64,000 bases of DNA from Octopus bimaculoides (taxonomy: Eukaryota): the NCBI RefSeq assembly GCF_001194135.2, contig NC_068990.1, positions 59,242,370 to 59,306,369 of the forward strand, written 5' to 3'. Shown piece after piece: positions 50,986-64,000 of the stretch; positions within the stretch are counted from its first letter, which is position 1; the number at the start of each line of letters is the position of its first letter. Made by a program: the position numbers and the translations under genes. The notes beneath the pieces were generated by a model that worked only from the letters and a program-made list of their open reading frames with translations, did no database searches and was not told the origin of the DNA.

Positions 50986-52469
50986 TGTGTGTGTGTGTTT
51001 GTGTATATATATATATATATATATATATACATACACACACAAAGTAGAAAACACTTAGTAGTGCTCAAATGATTTAGACTTACACGTCTAAATGTTTATT
51101 GAGGACTGAATCCATAGGGTAAAGAGTGTCTATCAGAGGAATCCAAGGGAACACCCCCCTCTCTATATATAGATGCACACACACACATGATGCTTGCCAA
51201 AGTACCACGCAACTGGACTGATCCCAGAACCATGTGGTTGGGAAATAAACTTCTTGAACATATAGCTATGCCTGTGCCAACTATACAATGATTTATCTTT
51301 AATCTAGGTTACAGATTTTCATGTGATATTCATAAATGTAGAGCAACTAATTGCTCACTTTAAAGAAATAGTGAAATGCTTTCAATACAATCCTAATGTT
51401 ACCAAACCAAACCGGAAATGGTTAAACTGGCAGTATGTTATCAGAGAATGAAGCCCCAATCACTATATTGCCATTGATATATCTTTTGAAACATTCATCA
51501 GTTTTGTCATGTCTGAGTGACGTGGTCTGATTGCATAAAATACTGACAATTATCGTTATGTAGCAGAAGGGATTCATAAAACAGATGCTTAACTCTAAAT
51601 TCTGTCATCAACCTGGCTATCATTACTGACAGTGTACTTGAGTCAAAATATCATACTTCATCATCATTTAACATCTGTTTTCCATGCTGGCATGGGTTGG
51701 ACAGCTTGACGAGTGCTGGTAAAGTCAGGTGCTGCATCAGGCTCCAATGTCTGTTTTGGCATGGTTTCTAATGCCAACCACTTTACAGAATGTACTGGGT
51801 GCTTTCTACATGGCATTAGCACTAGAAAAGCTAAAGAGTGACTTGTCTTTTCAAGGATTTCTTAGAGTTCAATAATAAACTTAAGTTCTGATATTACAAT
51901 GTTAAAATGGAAAAGACTAGAGACGTTTCTTTATCCATTCCATATTCTGTTATAGCCTTGGGGACCAACAGATATTTTGTGAATGGGATTGGTAGATGGA
52001 AAATGTATGAAAACCTCTGTGTGTGTGTGTGTGTGTGAGAGAGTGTGTAAGTGCATGTTGATTTCACATTACACCATCTGAGCAAAATCGTAATACCATG
52101 TTTACACTCCCTGCAGACAACACATTATGTCACTCTGTGCTTTCAAAGACCAGTAGGATAAAGTAATATATGTTACTTGGAAACAATGTAAGGGTTGGCA
52201 TCAGGAAGGACATCCATCCATAAAATACTGCCTCATATAGACATCAGTCTAACATGGGAACAGACTCAAAATGAATTAAAATAGCATTTTATTAACAGCT
52301 TAAATTTTAAAAAGGTCTTAAAAAAATACTCTTAAAACTTCTGACCAAAAGCTGAAACACTCAGAACTAACATTAATATAAGACCTTGGTTGCAAATTTA
52401 ACATGGCTATCATACAACATGTGCTATGTAAACAAAATTGACTGCAGGTATATAGAATTCAAAAGGTCC

Positions 52470-52765
52470 AGTCCTTGTGGTGTTGTGGCGTGTATGTTTC
52501 AATGAACCTGAGAACTATGCAAGTGAAATGCAAGCTCCAGGTAGGGCTTCTCATGCTGGACAGGTCAAAGAATAGGGACCAGAAGTGAAAACAGGCTTGC
52601 ACACCCCTACTTAGAAAAAAAAAAGCAAAATTACAGCAGTGGTGACAATTCAAAACCAACAAGAAGTAGGAGAGGAAGCAGAAAAGATAGCCTGGAGTCA
52701 AGAGCAATGGAGAAAAGTCCTTGATGGCCTGTGCGCCATAGAGAGTGATGTGCTTAAATGAGTAT
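52470..52765 (+). mobile_element. Short RTE-derived element (5' leader joined to ORF 3' end)
   Basis: ggtagggcttctcatgctggacaggtcaaag resembles RTE 5' leaders; EQWRKVLDGLCAIESD-stop resembles RTE C-termini. Confidence 0.5.
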
Positions 52766-52794
52766 GTATATAAAATATAAAATGAAATAATTCC

Positions 52795-53205
52795 AACGAC
52801 TCTGCATCCTGCTAGATGACATTGAGCTTCTAAAGATCTTCCCCAATCATGTTCAGCAATCCAGTGCAGAGCTGCTGCGTCAAATGAGAGTAAAGCCCTG
52901 GTAGGATGATCTAATGGGAAATGGAGGACATATCCATACAAGCAGGTGAGATGGATGTCTATGAGGTGAAAGGCTGTGGGCTGATATGCACATGCACACA
53001 CAGTTCTTTGCTGGAAATGTGATGGTACCATCTGACGTTCTTGATGGTTCTGAAGGGCTCTGCTATCAAAACTGTGAATCCTTTTTTGACAGGGTCTTCA
53101 AGAGGGGCCACAATTCTGTTCCACAGAGCACTAGTTGACCTGGTCGGTGCTACATATGGTGACATCTCTGGGACCACTAACCTGGGATGACCCCAGCCCC
53201 CATCA
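52795..53205 (-). mobile_element. Degenerate RTE-like LINE 3' ORF fragment about 40 bp inside a WDR48 intron
   Basis: GTELWPLLKTL...IKNVRWYHHISSKEL...QPTAFHLI...LYGYV..FPLDHPTRALL resembles the RTE post-RT region. Confidence 0.65.
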
Positions 53206-53248
53206 AGCAAGAGTATGAAGCAAGCAAGTAAGTATTCCAATGACTTAC

Positions 53249-53320
53249 CTTGACCATCATCAAAATGAGTTCGAGGCCAATATTCCAATAGAGCTTGCAA
53301 TAGAATTACACCAATATTTA
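53249..53320 (-). CDS. WDR48: WDR48/UAF1 exon: (L)NIGVILLQALLEYWPRTHFDDGQ
   Basis: Matches recalled human WDR48 LNLGGLLLQALLEYWPRTH; tttcttcag acceptor and gtaagt donor on minus; 72 nt, phase 1 to 1. Confidence 0.95.
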
Positions 53321-53765
53321 CTGAAGAAATAAAGAAAGTAAAAACATAATAATGACGTAGAATAATAATTTCTTAATATAAAATAAGAAAAAAAATCAAT
53401 AAAAACCAGCTCAAAATAAAGAAACAAAGAAGGTAGTTAGCATAACTAGGAAATAATTATATGTAAATAGAGCTGTGAGGAATAAAGAAAAGAAACATTT
53501 AGTAAAAAGAGGATGTAAAAAAAAAACAACGCATGTCTGCACTGCTTAAGAAGTACGCTTTGCTACCATGTGGTTTCAGGTTCAGTCCCACTGTGCAGCA
53601 CCTTGAGCAGGTATCTTTTACTATAGCCTTAGGTCGACCAATGACCAATGCCTTATGAGTGAATGTGGCAGATGGAAACTGTGTAGATGCTGATTGTGTG
53701 TGTGTATGTGTGTGTGTGTGTGTGTATACATACATGCATGTATGCATATCTATTTCTCTCTCTCT

Positions 53766-53885
<120 letters not shown>

Positions 53886-56800
53886 CATGTGTGTACCTGT
53901 GTTTGCTCTCCACCACCAACACTTGACAACCAGCAATGGTTTATTTACATCCCCTAAGTTAGCAGTTCAGTCCCTCATGTGTGTGTATGTGTAAGCCCCT
54001 TGTAGATATACTTAGACAAGTGTCTTCTACTACAGTATTAAGCTGACCAATACCAAGTGAGTGAATTTCATAGATGGAAACTGTGTAGATGCCAATCATA
54101 TATATATTTAGATAACTTAGGAGTTAGTTATAGGTTTACTTATTGAATTTATTTACCGATACTGTTGTACATATAGGAAATGTGTTTTTTTGTTGTAGTT
54201 TAATTAATAATGTTAGCGTTTAATCCTTCCTAAAATTAAGATTGAATGAATGTGGTGATATCTAAAGTATGTTTGTTCCCAAACAACACTTATTTTAGTG
54301 ACGTTGACACCGCCAGATTGAAAGGTGCTGCCCAGGTGTCAAAACCATAGTGATATCCGTGGGGCAGCTGATGATGAAGGTATGTTGGATTGTTGGTATG
54401 ACTGTTATTGTATGTACGGAATAGTAGTTTTATAACACATCCATTTGATGTAATATATATACACACACACACACACATATATATATAATGATAAATAGTT
54501 TTACCGATAAAGGTTTTTTTCATACTGAACTACTTGGCAAAATTGTTAATTATTAATTCTATTATTAATTGACGATTCTCTGCCCTTATTCTTGNNNNNN
54601 NNNNNNNNNNNNNNNNNNNNNNNNNNNNNNNNNNNNNNNNNNNNNNNNNNNNNNNNNNNNNNNNNNNNNNNNNNNNNNNNNNNNNNNNNNNNNNNNNNNN
54701 NNNNNNNNNNNNNNNNNNNNNNNNNNNNNNNNNNNNNNNNATTACACGCACACATGTATGTCTTTGTTTGTCCACTTGACCACCGGTGTAGCTTTAGGTC
54801 CTTGTGACTCAACACTTCAGCAAAAGAAACTGAGAGAATAAGTACCACTCTTTAAAAACTAAGTACTAGGGTTTGATTTGTTCAACTAAAGCCCTACAAG
54901 ACTGTAACCCAGCATGGTCGCAGTTCAATGACTGAAAAAAGTAAGATACAAAAAGATGAGATGTTTCTTATCTGAAAACAAACAATTGACAAATTAATCA
55001 GTTGAATGGCACAGACAATTTATCATATATATATATTATAACAGAATATTTATTGTTCAAAGACAATGGAAGATGAAAATATTAATTAGAATGAAAAGTT
55101 TTACCAAATTATTCATGAAATAACAGAGTTTTTAACTTTGCATAAACAGATGTAACTAAATATAGCAAGGCATTTCGTCCATTATACATACTATCAATTC
55201 TGCCAACATACTCTTCTTCATAATGAATAATGCAACCAACATATCAAAGAGCTGTAGTGAGACGCAGAAGACGAAACCCAGCAGAAAGTCACTAATAATG
55301 AAAGAACTTATTTTCTCTTTGGAGTTTGAAAATATGAGGACTGCAAACAATTTGGAGTAACTAGACATGCTTTTAAGGAATATTAACCACAAAAAAGAGG
55401 TGACTATCTCTGAACATTACCACAGAATAGAGGAGTCACAGAACAATAAGGCTTTAAACATAAAGACAGAGACAATTATGTAGTGAAAATGGCCTGGAAA
55501 AAATTGAAAAGAAGTCATCTGAATATCTATGTATAGGGAAGTTAATAGCTCGATACAATGGCTTATAACAAATGCTAATAAATAATAAATGGCGATGGGT
55601 TGTAACAAATATGTATCAAATGATAGACTGAGAGAATATGAATAAGTAGGGGCATGAATAAATGAATAAGGAAAAAAAGATGAGTAGTAGGAAGAATATA
55701 AAATGTAAACTGATATTTGGAAGTGAGAAGCACAATAAAACTATAATCTTTCAGCACATTTAATCCCATGGTCTGGCTAGACTATTTCATTTGTTTCTTA
55801 AATAGAGGAAATGAAAAAATATTTTAACACTATATTTCTGTCACCTAAGTACACACTAAGTAACATGTTCATCCAAAATTATCACATAAATATAACAGAT
55901 AGAAACATTAAATGGAATATTGGGCTGATCAAGTCTGTTTGGTTTCTGGCGGCACTAAACCTCAAGGACTCTAATACATAGCTAACCTCAGTCTGTCCCT
56001 TGCGCATAAGCACTCTTTAGTTACTTGATGTGAACTTGTAATGAGACTGGTTGTATTTGGTATGCTTAGGATCATCCTGAGAATGGAAAACTCTGGTTCT
56101 ATGATATAAACTTACCGTTTAAAGTAATTTAAAACCTTTCCTCAACATTCCATGTTAATTTATGTTCCAAACTCCAGCTTAATTGAGACATGGTTATTTT
56201 GATAATTTTCTCATTATTTTCATAATTTAGTGAAACAAAGACCATATGTTATCAACAGGAATATGGCAATGAAATGGTTAAGCAAGTCATGAAAGTCACA
56301 AACGAATCTGATAAGTCTAAATTGAGAGATCCCAGACTTTCAGTATTCCTACACATAATAAAAATGAAAAACAGTGATGTAGCACTTGAGTTTAGCTAAA
56401 AGACAGTATGGATGTGAGAATAGCCACAGCAAAGGTTGAATATTTGGTAATTAAAAAAAAATAGCGCTCAAAGTGGCCAAAAATGTAATGTTATAGCAAC
56501 AGCAACAATCATGATATAACAACATAGTAAACAATGAAAAAATTGAAAATATATATGATATTGTAAATGGTTCACATGATATACTCACTAAAACGTTATC
56601 GAGTGGTGAATAAGTTAGCTGAAAGCAAATATGACATGCAAAGTATATATTTGATTATCTCAGACGTAAATCTAAATGATAATCGATTCAGCAAAAAATC
56701 TGAAGAAGGTAACTTTGAATCATGATAGTGCCACTTTATTTTCAATCTGGCAAAACCCCATGCTAACAAACTGAGATCAATTTTAAAACAAATGGTGATG

Positions 56801-57963
56801 ATTAAAGATATCATAATGTACCAAACACACACACACACACATTGTGCTCCAATCAGAAATAAACAATCTCCCAACAGAATATAAGCATTTATCAGCCCAA
56901 GCTTAACAATGGAACATTAGACCAATTGGGGAATGGCAAATGATGTTTAAAATAAACAAGGCAACAAATTTCGGATGAGGAAACATGCGGAAAACATGAG
57001 AACAAGTTAAATAAAACAACACAACACAAGCAGTAAAAAAAGAAGTTTAAGTTAAAGAGAGAGAAAAAAGTGGGGTAGAGAAGATGAAATAGCTAAGAAA
57101 GGCTTAAGGTATAAGAAGGGCTCATAAAGAAATGTGTTATACAAACTTTCTCAATACAGAAAACAGTGGCTTCAATACAACACATGTTTGTTGATATGCA
57201 CATACACATGTGCATATACAAACATGCTATTTAAAATAAATTTGATTAAAAACTTTTTCAAAGTTCCTTACATCAAAGAAATTCAAAAACTTTGAGAGAT
57301 GTGACATAATTTGTCTTCAATGGTAGAACATGAAGTAGATAAAGCTATAATTAGTAGTGTGTATATATATACTGGGTTAGAAATCCCATCCAAAGAGTTT
57401 TTATGGCTTCATCGGCTTCAAGCTCCACTGTTAAAAACCAACTTATTTAAAGGGGAACCTAAGTGATATCTACCACTGTATATAAAGGATTTAAAGCAAA
57501 TATTCTGTATATGCAATAATGGAAAATGATTTAGGGTCTCAGAGAGATGGACTATATGAACTAAATAATCAATCTTTACTAGGTCCTTAGTGTTGTTAAC
57601 AAAGGGTGAAGCACTGCTTGCCTCAGTTTGCCTGACTGATAGATCAAGACCTACTCTTGACTTTATGATTGAGTAGTTAGCTATTGGGAGACATCTTGCT
57701 TCACACACACAATGAAAAGAGAAAAAAAAAAACCTCATCAAAAACTACCCTACTAAATCTAGAATGGATTAATATATTTTGAAGACAAAAAGAAGAAACC
57801 AAAATACATAAATAAAGCCACTGTTGTAGCAAAAAAATTATTGTAAATAAAATCATATACTTCAATTTAATTTAATGATTAAAATATTCTTTTAATCCCA
57901 TTATATTAGTATGATAGCCTGCACTTAACTATATATTCTTGATGAAGAAGGCTTCCCTGAAAA

Positions 57964-58185
57964 ATTTAACATTCAGATTGATTTATCAAATGTAATGCTT
58001 ATCTATCTACATTTTAAAAAATTAAGCACGTATTATCTTGTAACTTCAAGATTTTGAAAATGTGATCGTTTATTTTTAGGATGACATTGTAGGGTTAGTG
58101 AGAGAGGCTAGATCTGGCCCATTTCAACATAAAACAGGTAGAACATTTGGGCCAGATATGGCTGGTTTAAATGCTAAAGGGTTAA
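57964..58185. mobile_element. piggyBac-like ~220 bp MITE; related copies near 25884-26100, 39232-39415 and 46375-46470
   Basis: Shared internal sequence; ends ccctt.agcattc and atgctaaaggg-ttaa. Confidence 0.75.
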
Positions 58186-58756
58186 AAGTGTAAAGTGGTG
58201 AACTGGCAGAATCATTAGCAAACTGGGCAAAATGCTTAGCATCATTTTGTCTGTCTTTACATTGAGTTCAAAACCCACTGAGGTCGACTTTACCTTTCAC
58301 TCTTTTGGGGTCAATAAAATAACAACCAGTTAAGCACTGGAGTCAATGTAACCAACTCCTTTCCCCAAACTTGCTGGCATTGTACCAAAATTGTGAAAGT
58401 GTCTTATCTAGGAATATTCTTTGCACAAAGGGTAATTATATGTTACACAATACTTCATCAAGAATGTTTAACACGACAAAAACATACTTATATGGTCATC
58501 AACCAATTTACTAATAAGGCTGAAATATGTACCTACCAGAGATCAGGCTCACTCCCACTATGTGTTAATTTTTAGTCAATTTAATTTTCAGAATCCTTTC
58601 CCTTGCTTTCTTTAACAAGAATTGTCATTAATTCTTTTTTTTTATCTTTGTATGTATTTACGGATGTAATTTAAACTGAATTGTTTGGTTCAAACACTAA
58701 GTATATTAATCTGCGCACATTATTCAATAAGTACATTTTTAAAGATGGTAGTATGT

Positions 58757-58761
<5 letters not shown>

Positions 58762-58800
<39 letters not shown>
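58762..58800. repeat. (GA)n microsatellite
   Basis: Direct reading. Confidence 0.95.
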
Positions 58801-58811
<11 letters not shown>

Positions 58812-61399
58812 TTAGGCCACCTTATCTAGAGCCTTCTATATTGGTATGCAATCTTTTTTGTTTAGATGTAGAGGGGAGTTCTGATCCTCAAACAGAATAA
58901 AAGACAGCATGTAATGTACATTAGTAGACTGCATTGTATCATAATCAGAAGTGACAGAAATGGTTTCATAGCATTACACAATCTCTCCTGCTTTTGTTCA
59001 ATAAGAACTTCAATATTTGAACAACATATACATACACACAGATTCCCTAAAGCAGCAACTGACAAACTGCGACCCACAACTTCAATTTATCCATTCAGCC
59101 AACTTTACTGAATAGGTGATGCTGAACACAACTTCTTTGTTTTCCTTATCTATCCACTATTAGCAAACAATCAAATAATTCAGGGTAGAAAAACAGAATA
59201 AAAGCCTCCTTTTTGTAGTGGCTTCACTTGAAGGCTTTGTACTTAGTACTAAGTACTTAGAAGCGTTGCACTCGTAATCTTACAATCGTAGTTTCGATTC
59301 TTAAACTGGACAGGTGATACATTGTGTTCTTGAGCAAAACATTTCATTTCATGTTGCTCCGGTCCAATCGGCTGTAAATGACCGAACCTTGTGAAGTGGA
59401 GTGGTGTCCCATTCATAGGTTATGTTGTGATATCGATCATTTGTATACCAAAGAAACTGGGTAACTGACCCTATGAGTCCCAAAACTAGAGGCAGTATGG
59501 AAAAAAAAAAAAAAAAAAAGAATCAATGGTTTTAAATAAATACCAAACAAAAAAAAAAAGAAGGGAGGGAGAGATTTTAAACAGTAACTGTTCTCAACTC
59601 CCCAAATGTATGGAGCAACAGAGACTAACAACATCTTATATGCTGTCACTAACCACTGAGCCATACAGAAAGAATAGGTTTTAAAATTTTATTTCTATTT
59701 TATTGACTATTGCAGTTTTCAGGGTATTTTTGCATTATATTTGAATTCTATATTTAATATATGTATACTTTTGGTGTAATAATTAAATTGTATAATTCAC
59801 TTTGTTTTATTATGCACATGACCGCCCAATCTGTGGAAATCAGTTTAGGGTAAAGAAACACAGTTGGAGCCATTGGTTTACATAACTACGGGGTTCTAAA
59901 AGAGAATAACAAAAAATGTTTACTTGTTGTCCACAGATGGTAGCAGGTATACTTGTGAGTACTACACTAAACCTGAAGTCACAATTACCCACACGCATTT
60001 GGCCTAAATGAAAATGTTTTGACTCTTCACTGCATGGCACATGTCAATTACATATGTAGCTGTGTTGACAACCTTGTAATATCGCTATTCATTTTGGGCC
60101 GCTCAAGGCATAAAAACATTTCCAATGTAGCCTGCATCCAAAATGGTTTGCTGGCCCCTGCCCTAAAACAAATTAGGCCCTCTAGTCAAAAATATTATAG
60201 CCTCCACTTTGTTTTTGTTTTAAGCTAAAAATAGAAAAGGAACTGATATCAGTTTTTTTTTCTTAACTATAACATTGGAAAAAGTTACTTTTGGTCATAT
60301 AAATAATAACACATAATTAGTAATATATATGTATATATAAAATCCAAATTGTCTTTTTTTTTATATTATTAGCCCTTTTAGTTTGTAAAATGTTGGGAAA
60401 GGGTGTTAGTAAAAATCAAATACATGGACAAGAATATTTGAGAAATAATAATCAATGACAGCAACAATTAAAGCAAGAACAAAAATAAGGTACCATCAGC
60501 CTAAAAACAACAACAATAACAATGCAAAAAGTAATGGTAAAGAAAACTAAAAAAAAATATCTTTGAGATAAACAAAAAAGATAACAACTTAAGGAGACTT
60601 TTTAGATTTCAAAGGGGTAAGTACAAAAATACTTTCTTGTGTTTTCCTGTTACCCAACTCAAAGTAAACCACTGAATCAATATTAAATGCTCTCATTTCC
60701 AAGATAAATCCAGCAGCGGAGCAGAAACATATGTGTAGCATTCAGTTTACATTGAATTGAAATTTAAAAGAAAAATCATGCCTCAACAATGGCAATTTTT
60801 TCATCTAGCCGTGTGATTGATCAAATGAACTTTGCAATCAATAAGTGTTAACATGAAGAAATAAAAGGAAATTAACATTTTTAAGTAGTAGTAATATCAG
60901 AGTTCCTAATTAGAACATATTTTAGTGCTGATCTTACATTCTTGCTGTTGTTTTTCAGGTGAAGTTATCGTCTATTGGAAATTAGTTGGCTATGTAGAAG
61001 CTTTTTATATCTGATCAATTAAAAAAGAAAAATAATAAATGAATAAAGGGAATTTTTTAAATAATGTCTGACTGACTGTATCCCATTTTATTAAAAAAAT
61101 CCCATCTGAGATGACCCATGTTGGTGCCATGTGAAAAACACCCAGTACACCTTGTTAAGTAGTTGGCATTAGGAAGGGCATCTAACCACAGAAACCATGC
61201 CAAAGCAGACAATAGAGCCAAGTGTGGCTCCTGGCCTTACCAGCTCCTGTCAGACTGTCCAATCCATGCCAGCATGGAAAATGAACACTAAATGATGATA
61301 ATGAAGATGATTATTCATCCTCGTATTTGAATTTTAAAAATGTCTATGTCAATCTCATTATGACATGAATATCCTGAGATTTCAGGTCAGCAACTCCAG

Positions 61400-61845
61400 C
61401 ATAATATATTGATATATAATAGTAGGCATCCAGTCTCGAGAGACTGTGGATCTGTGCCTGAAATTATGTGAACTGCTGATGGTGGTGCTGCATCTGTTGT
61501 GGAGCTCCACTAGTGAATAACAGTTATACATCCAGTGACTACATTTGAACAAGCTCTCTGCCAGTGCTACAGGCTTTTCCTTCTATCAAGTGCTCTTTTC
61601 TTTGGTAGTGAGTTCCTGTTTCTCTTCCCCTCACTTCATTCCCTTTTGCAATATTTGACTCCAGTGTGGACAATCATTTGTGACCTCCTCCCATCTCAGG
61701 ACGTCCAGATCAAGCGACTTCATATTCTCTCTTGCAGACATCCCTGAAACGATGATGAAGTCATCCTTGTACTCTAGTGCCAGTCACCAATTCCTCACAT
61801 GAGGTATTTTGGGATCCTCCCGTCTGGCATGTGATCAATATATAA
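61400..61845 (-). mobile_element. Degenerate RTE/BovB-like LINE 3' end
   Basis: MPDGRIPKYL..ELVTG...FRDVCKR..KSLDL...WEEV followed by a CxxC...H zinc-finger-like remnant. Confidence 0.75.
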
Positions 61846-64000
61846 AACTCTAGATGTTTAATTAACCACCCACACCTCTAAAATCTTGATTACACTGAAA
61901 ATTAATTGAAACACATCAGCAGTCTACTTGTTAGAAATAGAGTCACTAAAACAAACTATTTAGAAATGGTAATATATGCTTTTCTACTCTAGGCACAAGG
62001 CCTGAAATTTTGGGGGAGGGGGACAGCCGATTAGATCGACTCCAGTATGCAACTGGTACTTAATTTATCGACTCCGAAAGGATGAAAAGTAAAGTCGACC
62101 TAGGCAGAATTTGAACTCAGAACGTAAAGACAGACGAAATACTGCTAAGCATTTTGCCCTGTGTACTAATGTTTCTGCCAGTTCGCCACTTTCAAATGGC
62201 AATATACTGATTGACTAGTATGAAATATTACGGAGTCATAAGTGTATTTACATCACTTGTCTACAGTGGGAAAATTTTCTCCACAACAAAACACAGTGAA
62301 TGGCTTTCTTAAAGGTCAAATATGCTCCAAGCATATCTGAACTGGTGAAATATTTAGACAGACACAATAAAGATGACTGCTAAAACTGTACCGAATCTCT
62401 GAGTCCTCACTCTATCAACATTACTGCATAATTTAACCATGAACCACTTTTACTTCAGTTCAACAGATATTGTACAGGCAATACTGGAAAGGGTTCAGTT
62501 TTTAAATGGCGTTAGGAAGGGCATCCAGCTGTAGAAACTCTGCCAAATCGGACTGGAGCCTGGTGTTGCCATCCGGTTTCACCAGTCTTCAGTCAAATCG
62601 TCCAACCCATGCTAGCATGGAAAGCGGACGTTAAACGATGATGATGATGATGATGAAACCTAAGAGAGAAAAGAAACTCTGGAATAAAATAAAAATTGGG
62701 GTTTAAACATATTTGCTTGTATCATAACTATTGGTAAAATTTTGTAATTAATACAAAATCTGTGTCATTTTACTGAATTGAACAGGAGTAGCAAAAAAAA
62801 ATAATAATAAAAAACTTAAATACAGGACTAAAAACAAAGGTATGCAATGAAGTGGAATGCAAAGTAAAGTGGGAATCCAAACATAATGCAGGGAAAATAG
62901 AAAAGGCAGATGGAGCTCATAAAAGGGCAGGGAGAAACAGAGTGTGTCTATGATATGATAGGCAGTGGATACTATCTACTTGAAAGTAAAATAGAAATAT
63001 TAGCAGAAATATTTGTTGGAGCAGGTTAACAGAAACCAAGTGAAAGTAAACAAAGCAACACTAACAGGAAATGAAGATAAATGTGACTGAAACTTCACAT
63101 AATATAATTAGAAGATCAAAAGCTCTTTAATTAAACAAGGATTCAATAACTCAATTAAATTAAACCACTATTTACTTATATCAAAGCATAACTGATTAGC
63201 CATAAACATACATACGTGCATGCATGCATATGGTTACAACCGTCCGACGAATGGTAATGACAAACTGAGTGAGAGTGTGTGAAAATTTATTCAGCTTTAA
63301 TAAAAAGCATATTACTCTACATTTTGGTAGTCAACTACTATTTTTTTTCCGTCTTATTTTGCATTTATGTGCTTACGTGTATGGGTGTGTGTGTGTGTGT
63401 GTGTACACACACACACACACACACATACATTCACACAAAATTTTATAGTCTGTTATTCTGAAGGCTCAATTGTGTGCAACCTCCTATTCAGATAAAACAG
63501 ACCGGGATCCACTTGTCAGAACATATGGTGATATGTCGGACGACTCTAGAATAACACTGTGTTCTATATCATTTATACTGGGTACTTCTTTGATTGTACC
63601 CCAACAACACATATATATATATATATACAGACGCATACCCTCCACGAAAACAATTTAATTTGTGTTCGTGGGAAGAACCATTTTAACGATGCGTACTGCC
63701 TTAATTCTTCGAAACGCCGGGGTTTTAATGGTGGCAGCTGATAAAGGGGATGTTTCTATGTGGCCTGCTTGTTTGTTGCACCTTGTTTACCATTTTGCCC
63801 ATGTTCTTTTGCCACGTCATGTACCCAGTTATGTACATGTGGATGAAGGTATATACATACATGTACATATATATGCATATACTCATATATTGTTTGTTAC
63901 ATAAATACATACATAAATACATATATACATAAATACATACATATATACATAAATACATATATATACATAAATACATATATACATACATATATATATGCAT

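Noticed and set aside
54310-54380. SECIS, C/D snoRNA or pre-miRNA reading of the stem-loop
   Set aside because: UGA-to-AA spacing does not fit SECIS; no properly placed C and D boxes; the stem is only about 14 bp.

Overview
AT-rich, repeat-dense eukaryotic genomic DNA with 7 N-gaps. The SINE/LINE families suggest an octopod cephalopod (inference). Two convergent, 5'-incomplete protein-coding genes were reconstructed by hand from GT-AG sites with consistent intron phases. (1) An SLCO/OATP organic anion transporter on +: 10 coding exons, 2694-32991, about 503 codons, with a Kazal-like loop and a C-terminal ESHV PDZ-type motif. (2) WDR48/UAF1 on -: the last 6 coding exons, 53320-43931; one exon is split by a false 24-N gap. 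The rest is mostly tRNA-derived SINEs, RTE-like LINE fragments, Tc1/mariner (DD34D, DD37D), piggyBac, hAT elements and MITEs, often nested, plus microsatellites. Nearly all ORF-track entries are spurious. The most unusual item is a tRNA-headed SINE (two copies) whose tail carries a minimal Penelope-type type I hammerhead ribozyme; one copy has a fold-back 5' end. Other leads are a 31-bp near-perfect intronic hairpin, a candidate 30-nt micro/poison exon in a repeat-poor WDR48 intron, and a mariner built from two left ends. All family assignments come from recognising motifs by eye, not from database searches.
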